DNA of 63,240 nt, filler included, from Octopus bimaculoides (GCF_001194135.2; 5 parts of 5 records of this genome joined end to end with filler, not necessarily neighbours in it); one strand, 5' to 3'. Positions 26,170 through 39,518 are shown, counted from the whole stretch's first letter. The notes: generated by a model not told the origin, from the letters alone. Translations and numbers: made by a program.

Positions 26170-26385
26170 ATATGTTTGTGTGTCTGTGTTTTTCCCTCCA
26201 ACATCGCTTGACAACCGACGTGGTGTGTTTACGTCCCCGTAACTTAGCGGTTCGGCAAAAGACACCGATAGAATAAGTACTAGGCTTACAAAGAATAAGT
26301 CCTAGGGTCGATTTGCTCGACTAAAGTCGGTGCTCCAGCATGGCCGCAGTCAAATGACTGAAACAAGTAAAAGAGTAAAAGAGAA
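26170..26385 (+). mobile_element. SINE family A, 3' half
   Basis: CATCGCTTGACAACCG...GGTGCTCCAGCATGGCCGCAGTCAAATGACTGAAACAAGTAAAAGAGTAAAAGAG. Confidence 0.88.
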
Positions 26386-27381
26386 TGTATTTTAATTTAA
26401 GGTCTCATTATAGTATACGCAGCAGGTCCGGCATTACCTTAACTCGGCCCTGGGTAATTACCAAATCTTCACTGGGTAATTACCAAATCTACAATGCCTT
26501 ATACAAGCATTGTATCCTAAAGCGAAATTCTCTCATATCACAGAAGCTGCAGTTAAGCATCGTATTTTTTTTTTAATCTCAGAGCTTTAGGAAAGATTAA
26601 CCTAAGGAAGGGACGGCTTTAATTTATTCTGAATCTTAGATATAAAACCTCTATTTTTTAATGCAGCTGTTTTATTAGTAGATAAATATTAAATGTTAAA
26701 TTCGAAACTGTCATGAAGTTATCGCGCTGCATGGGTCTTGAAGCAATTGCAGCACAAGTTTAAACATGTTTGTTCGTTTTCATATTTGTATACTCAGAAA
26801 TAAATTTTCGTTTAGTACATTCTGGTTTTGTTCATAGAGAAATAGAAATGTTTATTTAAAAGCAACTTCTGATTCCTAAACCCATGTAAATACACACAGT
26901 TAATTTCTCTCCCAGACAAACGCTGAGAAGTTGCTCAGTAGGATTTATGTAATTTTCACTTAGTTCTAAATCACATGCTAACAATATGTAATTGAAACCA
27001 TAATAAATAGAGTCATGAAATGGAACATACTTAAAAATGAATGGCTGAAAACAAAGTGATATGAATTAGAAAAAGAAATACTTCCATTTTAAAAGTAAAA
27101 AAAACAACATTTTTAAAAAGAAATTCTTTTTGAAAAAAATGACTTTTCTTATTTGAAAAGGAATTTCAAACATGCAAAGGAATTTATTAATGGGTTTATC
27201 TGTATTGAGTCAACTGTGATGAAAGGCATTCTAGTCATGACGATTCTGTCTTTTTAGAAATGTTTAGAACTACATTATTGGATGTGCAGCTAGAGCTCTT
27301 TACCTACTAAATACTGGATGGTATCAAAATATGGTGATATTTGGATATCTTTTAAAAATAAATGTTCATTATTTCACTTAC

Positions 27382-27602
27382 CTCAAACTTAGTGATTTCA
27401 TTTCGAAAGTTTCTTTTTCTCACACTCGGCAAGAGAATGGCTAATTTAGTAAACTTTTTCTTAGCTACGAAAATTCTTGATGTCCTGTTAACTTCGTTGG
27501 AAGTTCTGTTAAAATCACATGTGCAGCTATTCTTATTCTCTCATTTATTAAAGTTTTCCCCTTCAGCGTTTCCTCCTTGAGCGGAAATAACCACTAAAAT
27601 GA
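27382..27602 (-). other. Candidate internal exon (221 nt) of an unidentified minus-strand gene
   Basis: Pyrimidine-rich acceptor TTTCACTTCATTTCCAG| and strong donor GAG|GTAAGT. Unique sequence, somewhat more GC-rich than its flanks. One frame is open apart from a single TGA; alternatively an ATG near the end gives MKSLSL. Confidence 0.45.
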
Positions 27603-28059
27603 CTGGAAATGAAGTGAAACATTAACTTTATAAATAGATACATGATAGTCTCACCGAGACTATCATTACTGGCACCAGAAATCACTCTCAGCAAACTACT
27701 GTCCTTATTCTCTTTCTGGTTTAAATGTCATTCAATATTGTTGCCGTTGAATCGAACCATCCCTCACCCCCAAAACAACATTTAAAATATTAAAAATTGT
27801 CACACATTCTTTAATAGGTCACACTCATAAGTATCCTGTTTGCTTTCATTATTTATGCGACAACTTATTTCTCGAAACAGGGCGAAGAGGTTGAGAGAAA
27901 TAACTAAGATTCCTTTCTTTTTTTGTCGGCAGAAGATTGTTTAAATTCGATCCGCACAATTTCAGTTTATAACTGGTTTTAGTTACACAAATTTTGAATG
28001 CATAGAGGTTTGATCAATCATGATTATATTTGAAAAGAAACTTTCAAGTGAAAATCTGG

Positions 28060-28420
28060 TTCCCAACCCCATGATTCCGGGTTCAATCCCACTGCATGGC
28101 ACCTATGACAATTGTCATGTACTATGGTCTCGAGCCGATTAAAGCCTTGTGAGTGAATTTGGTAGACGGAAACTGGAAGAAGCCTGTCGTGTGTGTGTGT
28201 GATCGTGTCTGTCTTTGTCCCTCACCACTGCCTGAAAACCAGTGTCGGTGTGTTTAAGTCCCCGTAACTTAGCGGTACGGAAAAAGACTCCGATAGAATA
28301 AGTATCAAGCTTAAAAAAATAAGTAGTGAGATCGGTTCATTCGATTAAAAAAAACATGTCTAAGGCGGTGTCCCAGTGTGGCCACAGTCTAATGACTGAA
28401 GCAAGTAAGAAATAAAAGAT
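28060..28420 (+). mobile_element. SINE family A, near full length, diverged
   Basis: CCGGGTTCAATCCCACTGCATGGCACC...AAAGCCTTGTGAGTG...AATGACTGAAGCAAGTAAG. Confidence 0.85.
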
Positions 28421-28855
28421 ATATATANNNNNNNNNNNNNNNNNNNNNNNNNNNNNNNNNNNNNNNNNNNNTTAATTAATTAANNNNNNNNNNNNNNNNN
28501 NNNNNNNNNNNNNNNNNNNNNNNNNNNCGTAAAAGAAAAGAAAAGAAAAAATTATACTTTCTGTCAATTATTGAATAGCGGCTTAGAACACAAGATTAAA
28601 TCTTGGTATATACTCTTTTTGTGATTCTTTGGATTCTTCGCGGTTTGAGGCTATTTCATTTATCTTACACCAAAACCATTAGATTCCTTTCTAGCTCGAG
28701 TCATTTCACACGATTTACATCACAAACGTACTTTGTAAGATTCATGAAAGTTAAAATCTTTTCATTCTAGCCTCCCTTAAAATCGATTTTTCAGATAATA
28801 CTTATATTCAATTAGTTGGGCTTGCAAAAAGGAAAAAAGAAAAAAAGAAAAAAAA

Positions 28856-31800
28856 GGTGGCCAGCTAGTAGAATTGTTAACATACCGGATAGACATGCGG
28901 CATTTCATCCGTCTTAACGTTCTAAGTACACATTCCGCCGAGGTCAACTTTGCTTTTCATCTCTTTAGGGGTCATACAAATACCAGTTGAGCACTGGGGA
29001 TCACTGTAATCGAGTAACTCCCGAAATTGCTGGCCTTGTGCCAAAATTTGAATCCATTACTTATGTTCGCAGGAAGATGGCTAATTAGTAAATGTGATTA
29101 ATCGTGGGGCACAATATCCTGCGGTTATTGCACCGACTTTTTATGTTTTGAGTCCAAACTCCGGCAACGTAATCTTTACTTTCATCGACCCAGAGTCTCG
29201 ATAAAATAAATACCAATCAAGCAGTGAAAACGATATATTTCACTTCCCTTCCACCCAATTTGCATGTTCAATTTAATTGACTTCATTATTACAATTCTTT
29301 CTATTATAGGCACAAGGCCTGAAATTTTGGGAGAAGCGGATAATGGATTACATCGACTCCAGCCATCGACTAATACTTTTTCATCGACCCCGAAAGGATA
29401 AAAGGCAAGGTCGACTTCGACGAAATATAGACACAGAACGTAAGGGCAAGCAAAATACCGCTAAGCATTTTGTCATGCGCAGTAACGATTCTACCAGCTT
29501 GCCGCCTTCCACTTAATTCTGATAGTACTAAATTCAAATCGTGTTTCTCTAAAAAGGAAAAAAAATAATAATAGATAAATAAAGCAATATCTTACATATG
29601 AATGAATATAAGTTCTGAAAACTATAGTAAATATTCAATCTGGTTCCAATACTCTGTTGAAATCATCTTCCCATTTTAAATATAACCTTTTTAAAGACAT
29701 TAAGAATCTTATCTCTCTTCAGCCTTAAATGTAGAGTATTGCACCAATGTAAAACCACCAAACATTGTTGTGGAAAATGAAAGGTATGAATGAGGTATGA
29801 ACTTACAACACCGACATTCATTATAATCCTTTCTACTATAGGCACAAGGCCTGAAATTATGAGGGAGTGGGAGCAAGTCGATTACATCGACCTCAGTGTT
29901 TCACTGGTATTTAATTTATCGACCCCGAAAGGATGAAAGGCAAAGTTTACTCCGGCGGAATTTGAACTCAGAACATAAAGTCGGACGAAATGCAGCTATG
30001 CATTTTGGTCGGCGTACTAATGACTCAGTCAGCTTGTCGTTATATTTATGATAATGATAATAATCCTCTCTGCAACAGGCACAAGGCCTGAAATTTTGTA
30101 GCGATGGGGCAAGACGATAACATATCCCCTAGCATTCAACTGGTATTTATTTTATCGACACCAAAACGATTAAAGACCAAGTCGACCTCGGCGGACCTGA
30201 ACTCAGAACGGAAAGACGGGTGAAATAGCACGCCAGACGAAATGCTTGTCAGCATTTCGTCCGGCGCGCTAACAACTCTACCATCTCACCACCTTATTTA
30301 TAACAATAATAGTATAGGTTTAAAAGTTTTGGCACAAGACCAGTAATTTTTTGTTGGTGGGTCCGGGGTTAAGTCAATTACATCGACCCAAGTACCAAAT
30401 GGTGTTTATTTTGTCGAACCCCGAAAGGATGAAAGGCAAAGTCGACTTCGGTGGAGTTTGAACTCAGAACTTAAAGGCGGGCGAAATGCTTTGCAGCGTT
30501 TCGTCCGGCGTGCTAACAACTCTACCCCCTCACTGCCTTATTTATAACAATGATAATATAAATATTTATAAAACAATAAATTTGCAATGCTACAACGTTT
30601 ATTTACTACTGATGACCTATTTAAAGTATTTGAAGACATTTTCTGAAAGACGAGCGTTATTCATACTTGTTTATTATTATACAAATCAATTCTCCTTCAA
30701 GTGCAACAGCAAATAACGTTTTTCAGATGCCAAGCGATTAAAAACTTGGCAACGATCAACAAGGAAACAGTGGAAGATTGACTATTACAAACATCGTTCT
30801 GACAATTGAAATCTTACTGCAAAAGGAAATAGTTTTTGATGAACGTATTATAAACATAAGATTATATTTAGAGAATTCGTTATATTTCTAATTTGAGCTC
30901 AACAATAAATTTATATTAAACATTAAATTTAAAAACTGTTTTACAAAAACAAAAAAAAAAATCTATTTTCATTTATTGTGTTATTTATATTTTTATTTTT
31001 ATTTCAAATATTTCTTAAGAATAATTTAAAACTAAATTTGTAGAAATATACATCATTAGTATTGGCAGGCACCAGAGATCAAGAATTAAGCTTCTGGTAA
31101 TGCGATACCAAATATTCTATTTCTATTCTTGATTGATACCGAATAAAAGTCACAACGTCACAGATCAAAACGAAATTATACCACGTTCATCGTGTCGGTT
31201 TCCAGGGAGGTGGAGCAGTGAAAGCAATAAGCTCAGCCGGCCCCTCCAAAACAAACCAATAAAAATTCAGTTAGGCGTTGCGCCAGAAAACAGAAACTAA
31301 TAAATACAAATAGAACGGCAGCGAGATGGACAGAATCGTTAGAACGCTGGACAATGTTTAGTAGCATTTCTTCTGGCTTCACGTTTTGAGTTCAAATTCC
31401 TCTGAGGTCGACTTTGCTTTGTATACTCTCGGAGTCGATATGATAAGTAACAGTTGAGCCGATCAGGCCTTGTGACTATAGTTGTTGTTGGCACTCCGTT
31501 GCTTACGACGTCGAGGGTTTCAGTTGATACGATCAACGGAACAGCCTGCTCGTGAAATTAACGTGCAAGTGGCTGAGCACTCCACAGACACGTGTACCAT
31601 TAACGTAGTTCTCGGGGATATTCAGCGTGACACAGTGTGACAAGGCTGACCCTTTGAATTACAGGCACAACAGAAACAGGAAGTAAGAGTAAGAGAAAGT
31701 TGTGGTGAAAGAGTACAGCAAGGTCCATCACCATCCCCTGCCGGAGCCTCGCGGGGCTTTAGGTGTTTTTCGCTCAATAAACACTCACAACGCCCGGTCT

Positions 31801-34356
31801 GGGAATCGAAACCGCGATGCTATGACCGCGAGTCCACTGCCCTAACCACTGGGCCATTGCGCTTCCACTGTGACCATAGTAGATAGAAATGTATACGAAT
31901 AGCAATTGTAATGAACATTATTGATTGAGATTTAAGCGATGCGGTTTCTATACCCGATGAGGACATATCACTTTAATTATGCTAACATTTCATTTCTAGT
32001 CGTTTACAAAAAATAAGGTCTTTGAGCCCCTTCTAAAAGAAGAAAAATATCTTCGATTAAAAAAACTGATCTGGATGTATGCGTAGTTGTATAATCATGA
32101 AGTTCGCCTCACATCCATGTAGTCCTTAGTTCGATCTCACTACATGATATTTTGAACGCGTATCTCCTAAACTACCTTAAGTTCAACACATGGATTGAGA
32201 GTAGAGATACAAAACGCATTCACTGGTTATGGATGGTACACCTTCCATCATACCAAGGCCGAGGCCAAACAACAACCATGACGTTTGATATTGATTTCAA
32301 ACTTTGGTACAAGGCCAGCAATTTCGGGGGAAGGGGTAAAGTTGATTATATTGATTCTGTACTCGATGGTACTTATTTTATCAAACCCGAAAGGATGAAA
32401 GCAAAGTCGACCTCAGCAAGATTTGAACTCAGAACATGAAGACGGATGAAATGCCGCTAAGCATTTCGCCTGAGGTGCTAACGATTCTGCCACATCCGTG
32501 ATGCATAGTAGTTGTTCCTTATAAGGCGGCGAGCTGGCAGAAGCGTTAGCACGCCGGGCGAAATGCTTAGCGGTATTTCGTCTGTCTTTACATTCTGAGT
32601 TCAAATTCCGCCTAGGTAGACTTTGCCTTTCATCCTTTCGGAGTCGATAAACTAAGTAGCAGTTGCATACTGGGGTCGATCTAACCGACTGGCCCCCTCT
32701 CTCAAAATTTCGGTCTTTGTGCCTAGAGAAGAAGGGAATATGAAGGATAGAAAATGGCCAATCGTTTGGCTACAAGTCTTCTATAATATAATTTTAACTG
32801 CGTATGCTTTATGAGAAAATAAACCGACTCCAAAATTTAACTTGTAATTTATTGTATTGATACCAGAAGATTAAATCAAAGTTGATCTCTGCGGGATTTG
32901 AACTCAGAACGGAAGAAAGAACATAACTAAATACAACAATATATATCACTCGATGTTTTACATATTCTTCCAATCAACTTTTCTCAACAAATCTCAAGAC
33001 TTGCACGGATCTCTCCTTCGCTTGAATTTCCAATATTTTAAATTCTCCTAAGGCAGCGAGCTGGCAGAATCGCTACCGCCCCAGGCAAAATGCTTAGTAG
33101 CATTTCGTCCGTTTTTATGTCCTGAGTTCAAACTCTGCCGAAGTTGACTTTGCCTTTCATCCTTTTGGGATCGATAAAATAAAGACCAGTTGAGCACTGT
33201 TGTCGATGTAGTCGACTTACCCCAACACAAGAATTGATGGCCTTGTGCCAAGATTTGAAATCAATATTTTCAATTTTTCTAGTTTTTAATTACTTCTTTT
33301 TCCCCGCCTTCAAAATTTGTATAATAACCACACTAGCAACTTCGCCTACCATGCTGGAGTAAGGAAACATTGATACGATTGATTTGTTTCTGGCTGATCT
33401 GAAAATGGCAAACGAAGAGACACTCAGAAAAATGTGCATGGCGTTTGTCAAATGTGACTTTCAGAGTATCTGCAGAATGAAATATCGTTTTTCAGAAAGT
33501 AAATTGGTTTCAAATTTTGACAAGAGGCCAGAAATTTCGGGGCGAGAGGTAAGTCGAGTACATCGACCCCAGTATTTAGCTAGTATTTATTTTATCGACC
33601 CCAGAAAGATGAAAAGCAAAGTCGACCTCGGCGGGATTTGAACTGAGAACATAAAGACCAACGAAATGCTACTAAGCATTTTGCCCGGCGCGGTAACGAT
33701 CCTGCCAGCTTTCCGCCTTATTTAGGCACTTAATATTGGTTTCAAATTTTAGCCCAAGGCCGGCAGTTTCAGGACAGCCCGATTCTGCCAATTCACTGCC
33801 TTACTTTCAGTAAGTAAATTGATTTCAAACTTTGGTACGAGGCCAGGAATTTCGGGGCTAGGGGTAATTCGATTACATCGGCCCCAGTACTTAACTAGTA
33901 TCTATTCTATCGATCCCGAAAAGATGAAAGGCAAAGTCGACCTCGGCGGGATTTGAACTCAGAACGTAAAGACGGACGAAATGCCGCTAAGCATATTTCT
34001 CGGCGTGCTATCGATTCTACCAACTCTCTGCCTTGCTTTCAATAAGTAAATTAACATCCCAGTACGTACAGCACGTATTGTGTATTGTAGTTACTATATA
34101 ATACTTCATGCATTTGAAGTAGTCCAACGCATAGAAATAATCTTTTCTACTATAGGCACAAGGCCTGAAATTTTGGGGAAGGGGACTAGTCGATTATATC
34201 GACCCCGGTGTTTCACTGATACCTAATTTATCGACCCCGAAAGGATGAAAGACAGAGTCGACCACGGCGGAATTTGAACTCAGAACGCAGCGACGGGTGA
34301 AATACCGCTAAGCATTTCGTCCAGCGCGCTAACGATTCTGCCAGCTCGCCGCCTTC
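28856..34356. mobile_element. Dense cluster of about 15 SINE family C (MetaSINE-like) copies in both orientations
   Basis: Consensus GGCGGCGAGCTGGCAGAA..GTTAGCACGCCGG...CTGAGTTCAAATTCCGCC..GGTCGACTTTGCCTTTCATCCTTTCGGGGTCGATAAA. Plus copies at ~28856, 29065, 31316, 32524 and 33050. Minus copies end at ~29508, 30042, 30295, 30540, 32492, 32970, 33720, 33802, 34035 and 34356. The MetaSINE label is from recalled similarity of the central domain. Confidence 0.85.
31481..31867 (-). mobile_element. SINE family B (tRNA-Arg-like head, (CAA)n tail) inserted at the tail of a family C copy
   Basis: Head TGGAAGCGCAATGGCCCAGTGGTTAGGGCAG...GGTTTCGATTCC. 12-bp TSD TGTGAC(T/C)ATAGT at 31471-31482 and 31869-31880. 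Confidence 0.92.
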
Positions 34357-34544
34357 AGTGCATAGAAATAATGATGTAACAGAAATAATGTAACGCAGGA
34401 CATTATACATTTGCTTAATCACTCGTTGAGCAGAGTGGCACATTAGAAGTGGTACACGAAAATACAAATAGCATAGCCGGCAGATTACAACAAAAACGGG
34501 ATTTTACGCTTAATATAAAGGACATATGTGAAGATACGTTGCCT

Positions 34545-34795
34545 AATGCTAGGGTGTTGCACTCACGATCGCTAGATCGTGGATTCGATTCCTAGACCGG
34601 ATGACGCATTGTGTTCTTGAGCAAAAACACTTCGTTTCACGTTGCTCCAATCCCCCTTTCGATCGGGAGGAATGTTGGCCTGTTCGCCTAGACAGCGGAA
34701 TAGCGTCATTAGAAAGCTAAAACGATGCAAAGCACATTGTGACCAGCGATGTGTAACAACGTCTGATTATCTGGTCGTTCGCGTTGATCACGTGA
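34545..34795 (+). mobile_element. tRNA-headed SINE with CORE-like domain (family D)
   Basis: B box GGATTCGATTCC followed by TTGTGTTCTTGAGCAAAAACACTTCGTTTCACGTTGCTCCA. Confidence 0.6.
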
Positions 34796-36554
34796 TATAG
34801 GATATAGATTGATATTCGACAGTACGGAGAAGAATAAAATCATTTGCAGTTCTTAGTTTGCTCCATACACTTTCTGTGTACCAACCCCAGCGTGATAATC
34901 TATTCTGAGTGTTGTGATAGATGAACGTTTTACACCCACCATAATTCCGTTATTGCAGTAAATATGCTATAATATGGTCGCAGTTTGTTTCCAAATCTAA
35001 TAATACTCAGCCAGAAACAAAAGATGAAGTCAGGTTGAAGTTGTAGTATGCATAGAAATAGCTTAAAGTTTGTATGTTTGTATTTATGCCAGAGTAGCAG
35101 ATTCAGCACGATAGTATAACCTGTGACAACATATGCCAACATATGCCACTGGTTTTCATACCAGTCGATGAAGCAGTTAGCATTGATATCTTTATAAAGA
35201 CATATAAACATACACACACACATACACACACATACACACACGTGTATATGTATGTATGTACGTATGTATGTATGTATAATCGTGTAAAGTCATAGCTAAT
35301 GCCCTCAAGCCCCACCTGGACGTAGGGAGACCCTCCCACCGCTACGGAAAATTCTCCACCTAGACGTCATGGATCGAAACACATTAGATCGTAGGATGGG
35401 TGCATTTCTGCGTTATTTCAGGGCGTCAATGAAATCAGTAGCCGTTCATATCTTGATATATAAGGTAGTGGAATGGCATAATCGTTCTGGCGTGAGAAAG
35501 AAATGACTTGTGGTATTTGTTCCGGCTCTTTGTGCTTTCAATTCTCCTTCTACTAAAGTCAAATTTGCCTTGCTCGGTCCGCAGTCGGTAAAATACACCA
35601 CCCTTCAACACCTTCCCCTCAAAATGACCAACCTTTTAACCTAAATGAAAAAGTCTAAAATCTTGATATTTATAATATTTGACTTGGGAATATTCGGTCG
35701 ATAGTAACCTTTTCGTTGAAGAACCGTTCTTGTACCCCATCGAAAAAACTGAGTATTTCACATTTACAGATATTAAAAATTATTTTAGAGTTTTCATTTT
35801 CAATCGGAACTGCTGTATTCGTCTTGATGTATTTTTTAGGTGGGAAAGGCATGAACATTCATCTATTCCCATTTATCATTCATAATAATATTTAAGGCTT
35901 TATGTCTGCTTAAGGACTCATTATTAATATGATCATTTATAAATGATTATAATCAGTGACAAGTCGAAAGAAAGAGTTCGAAAAGAACACTTAACTAAAA
36001 TCGATTCCTCATCGTTAAATAGTATGTTGGATCCATTGTGCAATTATTCTTTCTATGAAAGACGTATTATGCTTTATCGGAAGCATTGACAACAGGTTCA
36101 GGAACAATAGCAGCAGCTGCACCGTCACCACTTCCAGCAGCAACAAGTAGACGAAGAACAATGCCAAGAACATTAACGACATCAATAAGCATGACAAAAA
36201 GAAATTTTCAAAAGTCTCTAAACCATTTTGTCTACTTTTATTTCGATAATTTGTATTAAAATTGCTTAGAAAATCTTCGGGGGTTTTTTTTTAAGATGGC
36301 TACAAAACTGTTGAGCGAAGTTTTCACATTCAGCAAAATAGAATAACTCAACGGCCCTGAATAAAGTTTTCGTTTTTAAAGAACATATTAAATGGGACTA
36401 ATGTTTGTGTAAAGGATCCTGGGACGTCATAGCTAATGATAATTTCATCGACATCACTGTATGCATGATTCTCATAGTTACTGCTGCTGCTGTTGCTGCT
36501 GATGCAGTAGTGAAGGCTGCAATTTGTTCTTCATTTGCTATTGTTTTTGTTATG

Positions 36555-36937
36555 TGGAGACGCAATGGCCCAGTGGTTAGGGCAACGGACTCGCAGTCAT
36601 AGGATCGCGGTTTCGATTCCCAGACCGGGCGTTGTGAGTGTTAATTGAGCGAAAACACCTAAAGCTCCACGAGGCTCCGGCAGGGGATGGTGGCGAACCC
36701 TGCTGTACTCTTTCACCACAACTTTCTCTCACTCTTACTCCCTGTTTCTGTTGTGCCCGTAATTCAAAGGGTCAGCCTTGTCACACTGTGTCACGCTGAA
36801 TATCCCCGAGAACTACGTTAAGGGTACACGTGTCTGTGGAGTGCTCAGCCACTTGCACGTTAATTTCACGAGCAGGCTGTTCCGTTGATCGGATCAACTG
36901 GAACCCTCGACGTCGTAAGCGACGGAGTGCCAACAAC
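36555..36937 (+). mobile_element. SINE family B, full length
   Basis: Near-identical reverse complement of 31481-31867. Confidence 0.92.
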
Positions 36938-37264
36938 ATTGTTACTACTAAGACCATTCTATTTGCTATTGTTTTTTTTATTTTTTGTAGGTTGAAAAGA
37001 AGAACATATAGTTCACACCCTTTTTGTTGTTCTCATTTCATATTAAACCAAAGTCTAAAATATCAGCCTGTGACATACTCGGCCAAATTCAATCTACACT
37101 TTATTCACAGCAAATACGTATATGGCTTTGTCACGTATCTGTAGGGCACTGTGTTGGTGGAAGTAGAAGTTGCGTTCTGGGAAGAGCTTTCCGAGTTAAA
37201 GACTACATAATTCTTCGTCTGAAAAATCAACAACAACAACAACAATAACAACAACAACAACAAC

Positions 37265-37315
<51 letters not shown>

Positions 37316-37316
<1 letters not shown>

Positions 37317-37978
37317 TATACTGGAAGCTATGCCAACATTATGGAATAGCAACAGAAAAAAGATGGTATAAACACACGCCAGAAAAGGTCACAGAAAACG
37401 AGAAAGCAACCATACTCTGGGATATGCCAATACACACAGATAGAGAAATTAAGGCAAATAGACCAGATATAGTTGTCAAAGATCATGAAGGAAAAAAATG
37501 CCTTCTAATTGATGTTTCAATACCAGCAGATGACAACNNNNNNNNNNNNNNNNNNNNNNNNNNNNNNNNNNNNNNNNNNNNNNNNNNNNNNNNNNNNNNN
37601 NNNNNNNNNNNNNNNNNNNNNNNNNNNNNNNNNNNNNNNNNNNNNNNNNNNNNNNNNNNNNNNNNNNNNNNNNNNNNNNNNNNNNNNNNNNNNNNNNNNN
37701 NNNNNNNNNNNNNNNNNNNNNNNNNNNNNNNNNNNNNNNNNNNNNNGGTGCCTTAGGTATAATAAAAAAATATTCAGACAAATACATAACAAAAACACCA
37801 GGACTTACAAATATATATAACATACAGAAAATTGCACTACTGGGTACTGCACACATTCTACGCAAAACACTTTCAATACAGTAAACATAAGAGCACCACA
37901 GCAAACCACAGCACATACCCAAGGCGCACAGAGCTGCGCTCGGTAGTGAAGTGAAAGCACGTTATAAAAATAAAACTA

Positions 37979-37981
<3 letters not shown>
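37316..37981 (+). mobile_element. R4/Dong-like non-LTR retrotransposon 3' end (restriction-like endonuclease) embedded in (TAA)n
   Basis: Reads YWKLCQHYG..RWYKHTPEKV..ILWDMPIHTDREIKANRPDIVVKD..CLLIDVSIP and GALG..IQKIALLGTAHILRKTLSIQ*. (AAT)n on both sides; 210-nt gap inside. Confidence 0.85.
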
Positions 37982-38013
<32 letters not shown>

Positions 38014-38364
38014 TAATAACAAGGCAACACCAACGTCCTCTCAACGATTAGCTAGAGATGATTTTTAAAATGAGAATATATGAAATAGACTCGACTGCTT
38101 TCACGAATGAGAATACTAAAAACGAAACCGACCGCTCTCAAAAATTAAGTAAAAAAACCGGAAAAATAATCCAGAATCCTTGTCCGGTACCGGATCGATT
38201 CTAAAAGCTAATCAGTTCGTGCCAGTCGTGAGGCCAAATATCCCTGAAAGTTTCATTCGAATCCATCCAGCGATTCTTGAAATGTCTTGTCCACGGACAA
38301 ACAAACAAATAAACGCGACTGAGAACAATACCTCTGCCTTCACTAAGGCGAAGGTAATAATATG

Positions 38365-38660
38365 ACTGGTATAGAGAAAATAGCAAAGTACCAGGACCTA
38401 GTCATTGAGTTACAGAGATTATGGAAAGTGCGGGTAAAATGTATCCCTGCAGTTATAGGTGCATTGAGAACTATCCCTAAAGGTTTGAACAGATGGATAG
38501 AAGAAATAGACATAAAACCTAGTTTAGTGCAGCTCCAGAAAACAGTGTTATTAGGGTCTGCTAGGATACTAAGGAAGATTCTTGGCATCTAAGTTTAATT
38601 GTAGTCCGACGTTAGGAATTTTTCTTTTCGAACAGTTTAATTTGTCGTGTATATGTGGAA
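38365..38660 (+). mobile_element. Second R4/Dong-like 3' fragment, different subfamily
   Basis: Reads EKIAKYQDLVIELQRLWKVRVKCIPAVIGAL..LQKTVLLGSARILRKILGI*. Short AAT repeats at both ends. Confidence 0.8.
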
Positions 38661-38669
38661 TAATAATAA

Positions 38670-39070
38670 TTGGGACAATTCATTCTAATCTTGGCACACA
38701 TTCCAAAACTTTGGTGAGGGGAGGCACTTAATTTATCGACCCCAAAAGGATGAAAGTAGACTCAACCTAGGCAGAATTTGAACTCAGGATTCAACGAACC
38801 GAAAGATCAACTAGTAAGCATTTGTCCGATGCGTTAAGGATTCTGCCAGCTCGTTGCCTCAGTCATTATGGTTATTCTTTCTGATATAGGCACGGGGCCT
38901 GAAATTTGGGGTAGAGAAAAGGATTAATCGATTACTTAATTTATCAACCCTGAAAGTGTGAAAAACAAAGTCGATCTCAGCGAAATTTGAACTCAAAACA
39001 TGCAGACGGACGAAATGCGGCTAAGTATTTTGTTCGGCGTGCTGACGATTCTGACAGCTCGCCACCTTAC

Positions 39071-39129
<59 letters not shown>

Positions 39130-39359
39130 CCTTTCTACTATAGGCACACGGCCTGAAATTTGTGGGGAGGGTAACTCGATTATATCGCCCCCAGTATTCA
39201 ACTTCTACTTAATTTATCGACCACGAAAGGATGAAAGGCAAAGTCGACCACGGCGGAATTTGAATCGGAACGTAAGCGACGGGCGAATTACCGCAAATCA
39301 TTTCGCCCAGCGTGCTAACGATTCTGCTAGCTCGCCGCCTTAATAATAATAATAATAAT

Positions 39360-39405
<46 letters not shown>

Positions 39406-39518
39406 TAACGAGAGTTAAAGTCGACTTCGGCGGCCTTTGAACTCAGTGCGTAAAAACGGACGAAATGCCGCTCAGAATTTTGCCCGGCGTACCAGCGATT
39501 CTGGCAGCTCGCCGCCTT
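38670..39518 (-). mobile_element. Four head-to-tail minus-strand SINE family C copies separated by (AAT)n tails
   Basis: Copies at ~38670-38860, 38872-39070, 39127-39341 and 39412-39518. Confidence 0.85.

Noticed and set aside
26916-26948. Possible 33-nt plus-strand micro-exon (TNAEKLLSRIY)
   Set aside because: Weak donor (GTAATT) and no other supporting evidence.
28856-39518. Regularly recurring ~200-bp units resembling a repeat-spacer array
   Set aside because: The units are diverged SINE copies in mixed orientation in a eukaryotic genome. This is not a CRISPR array.
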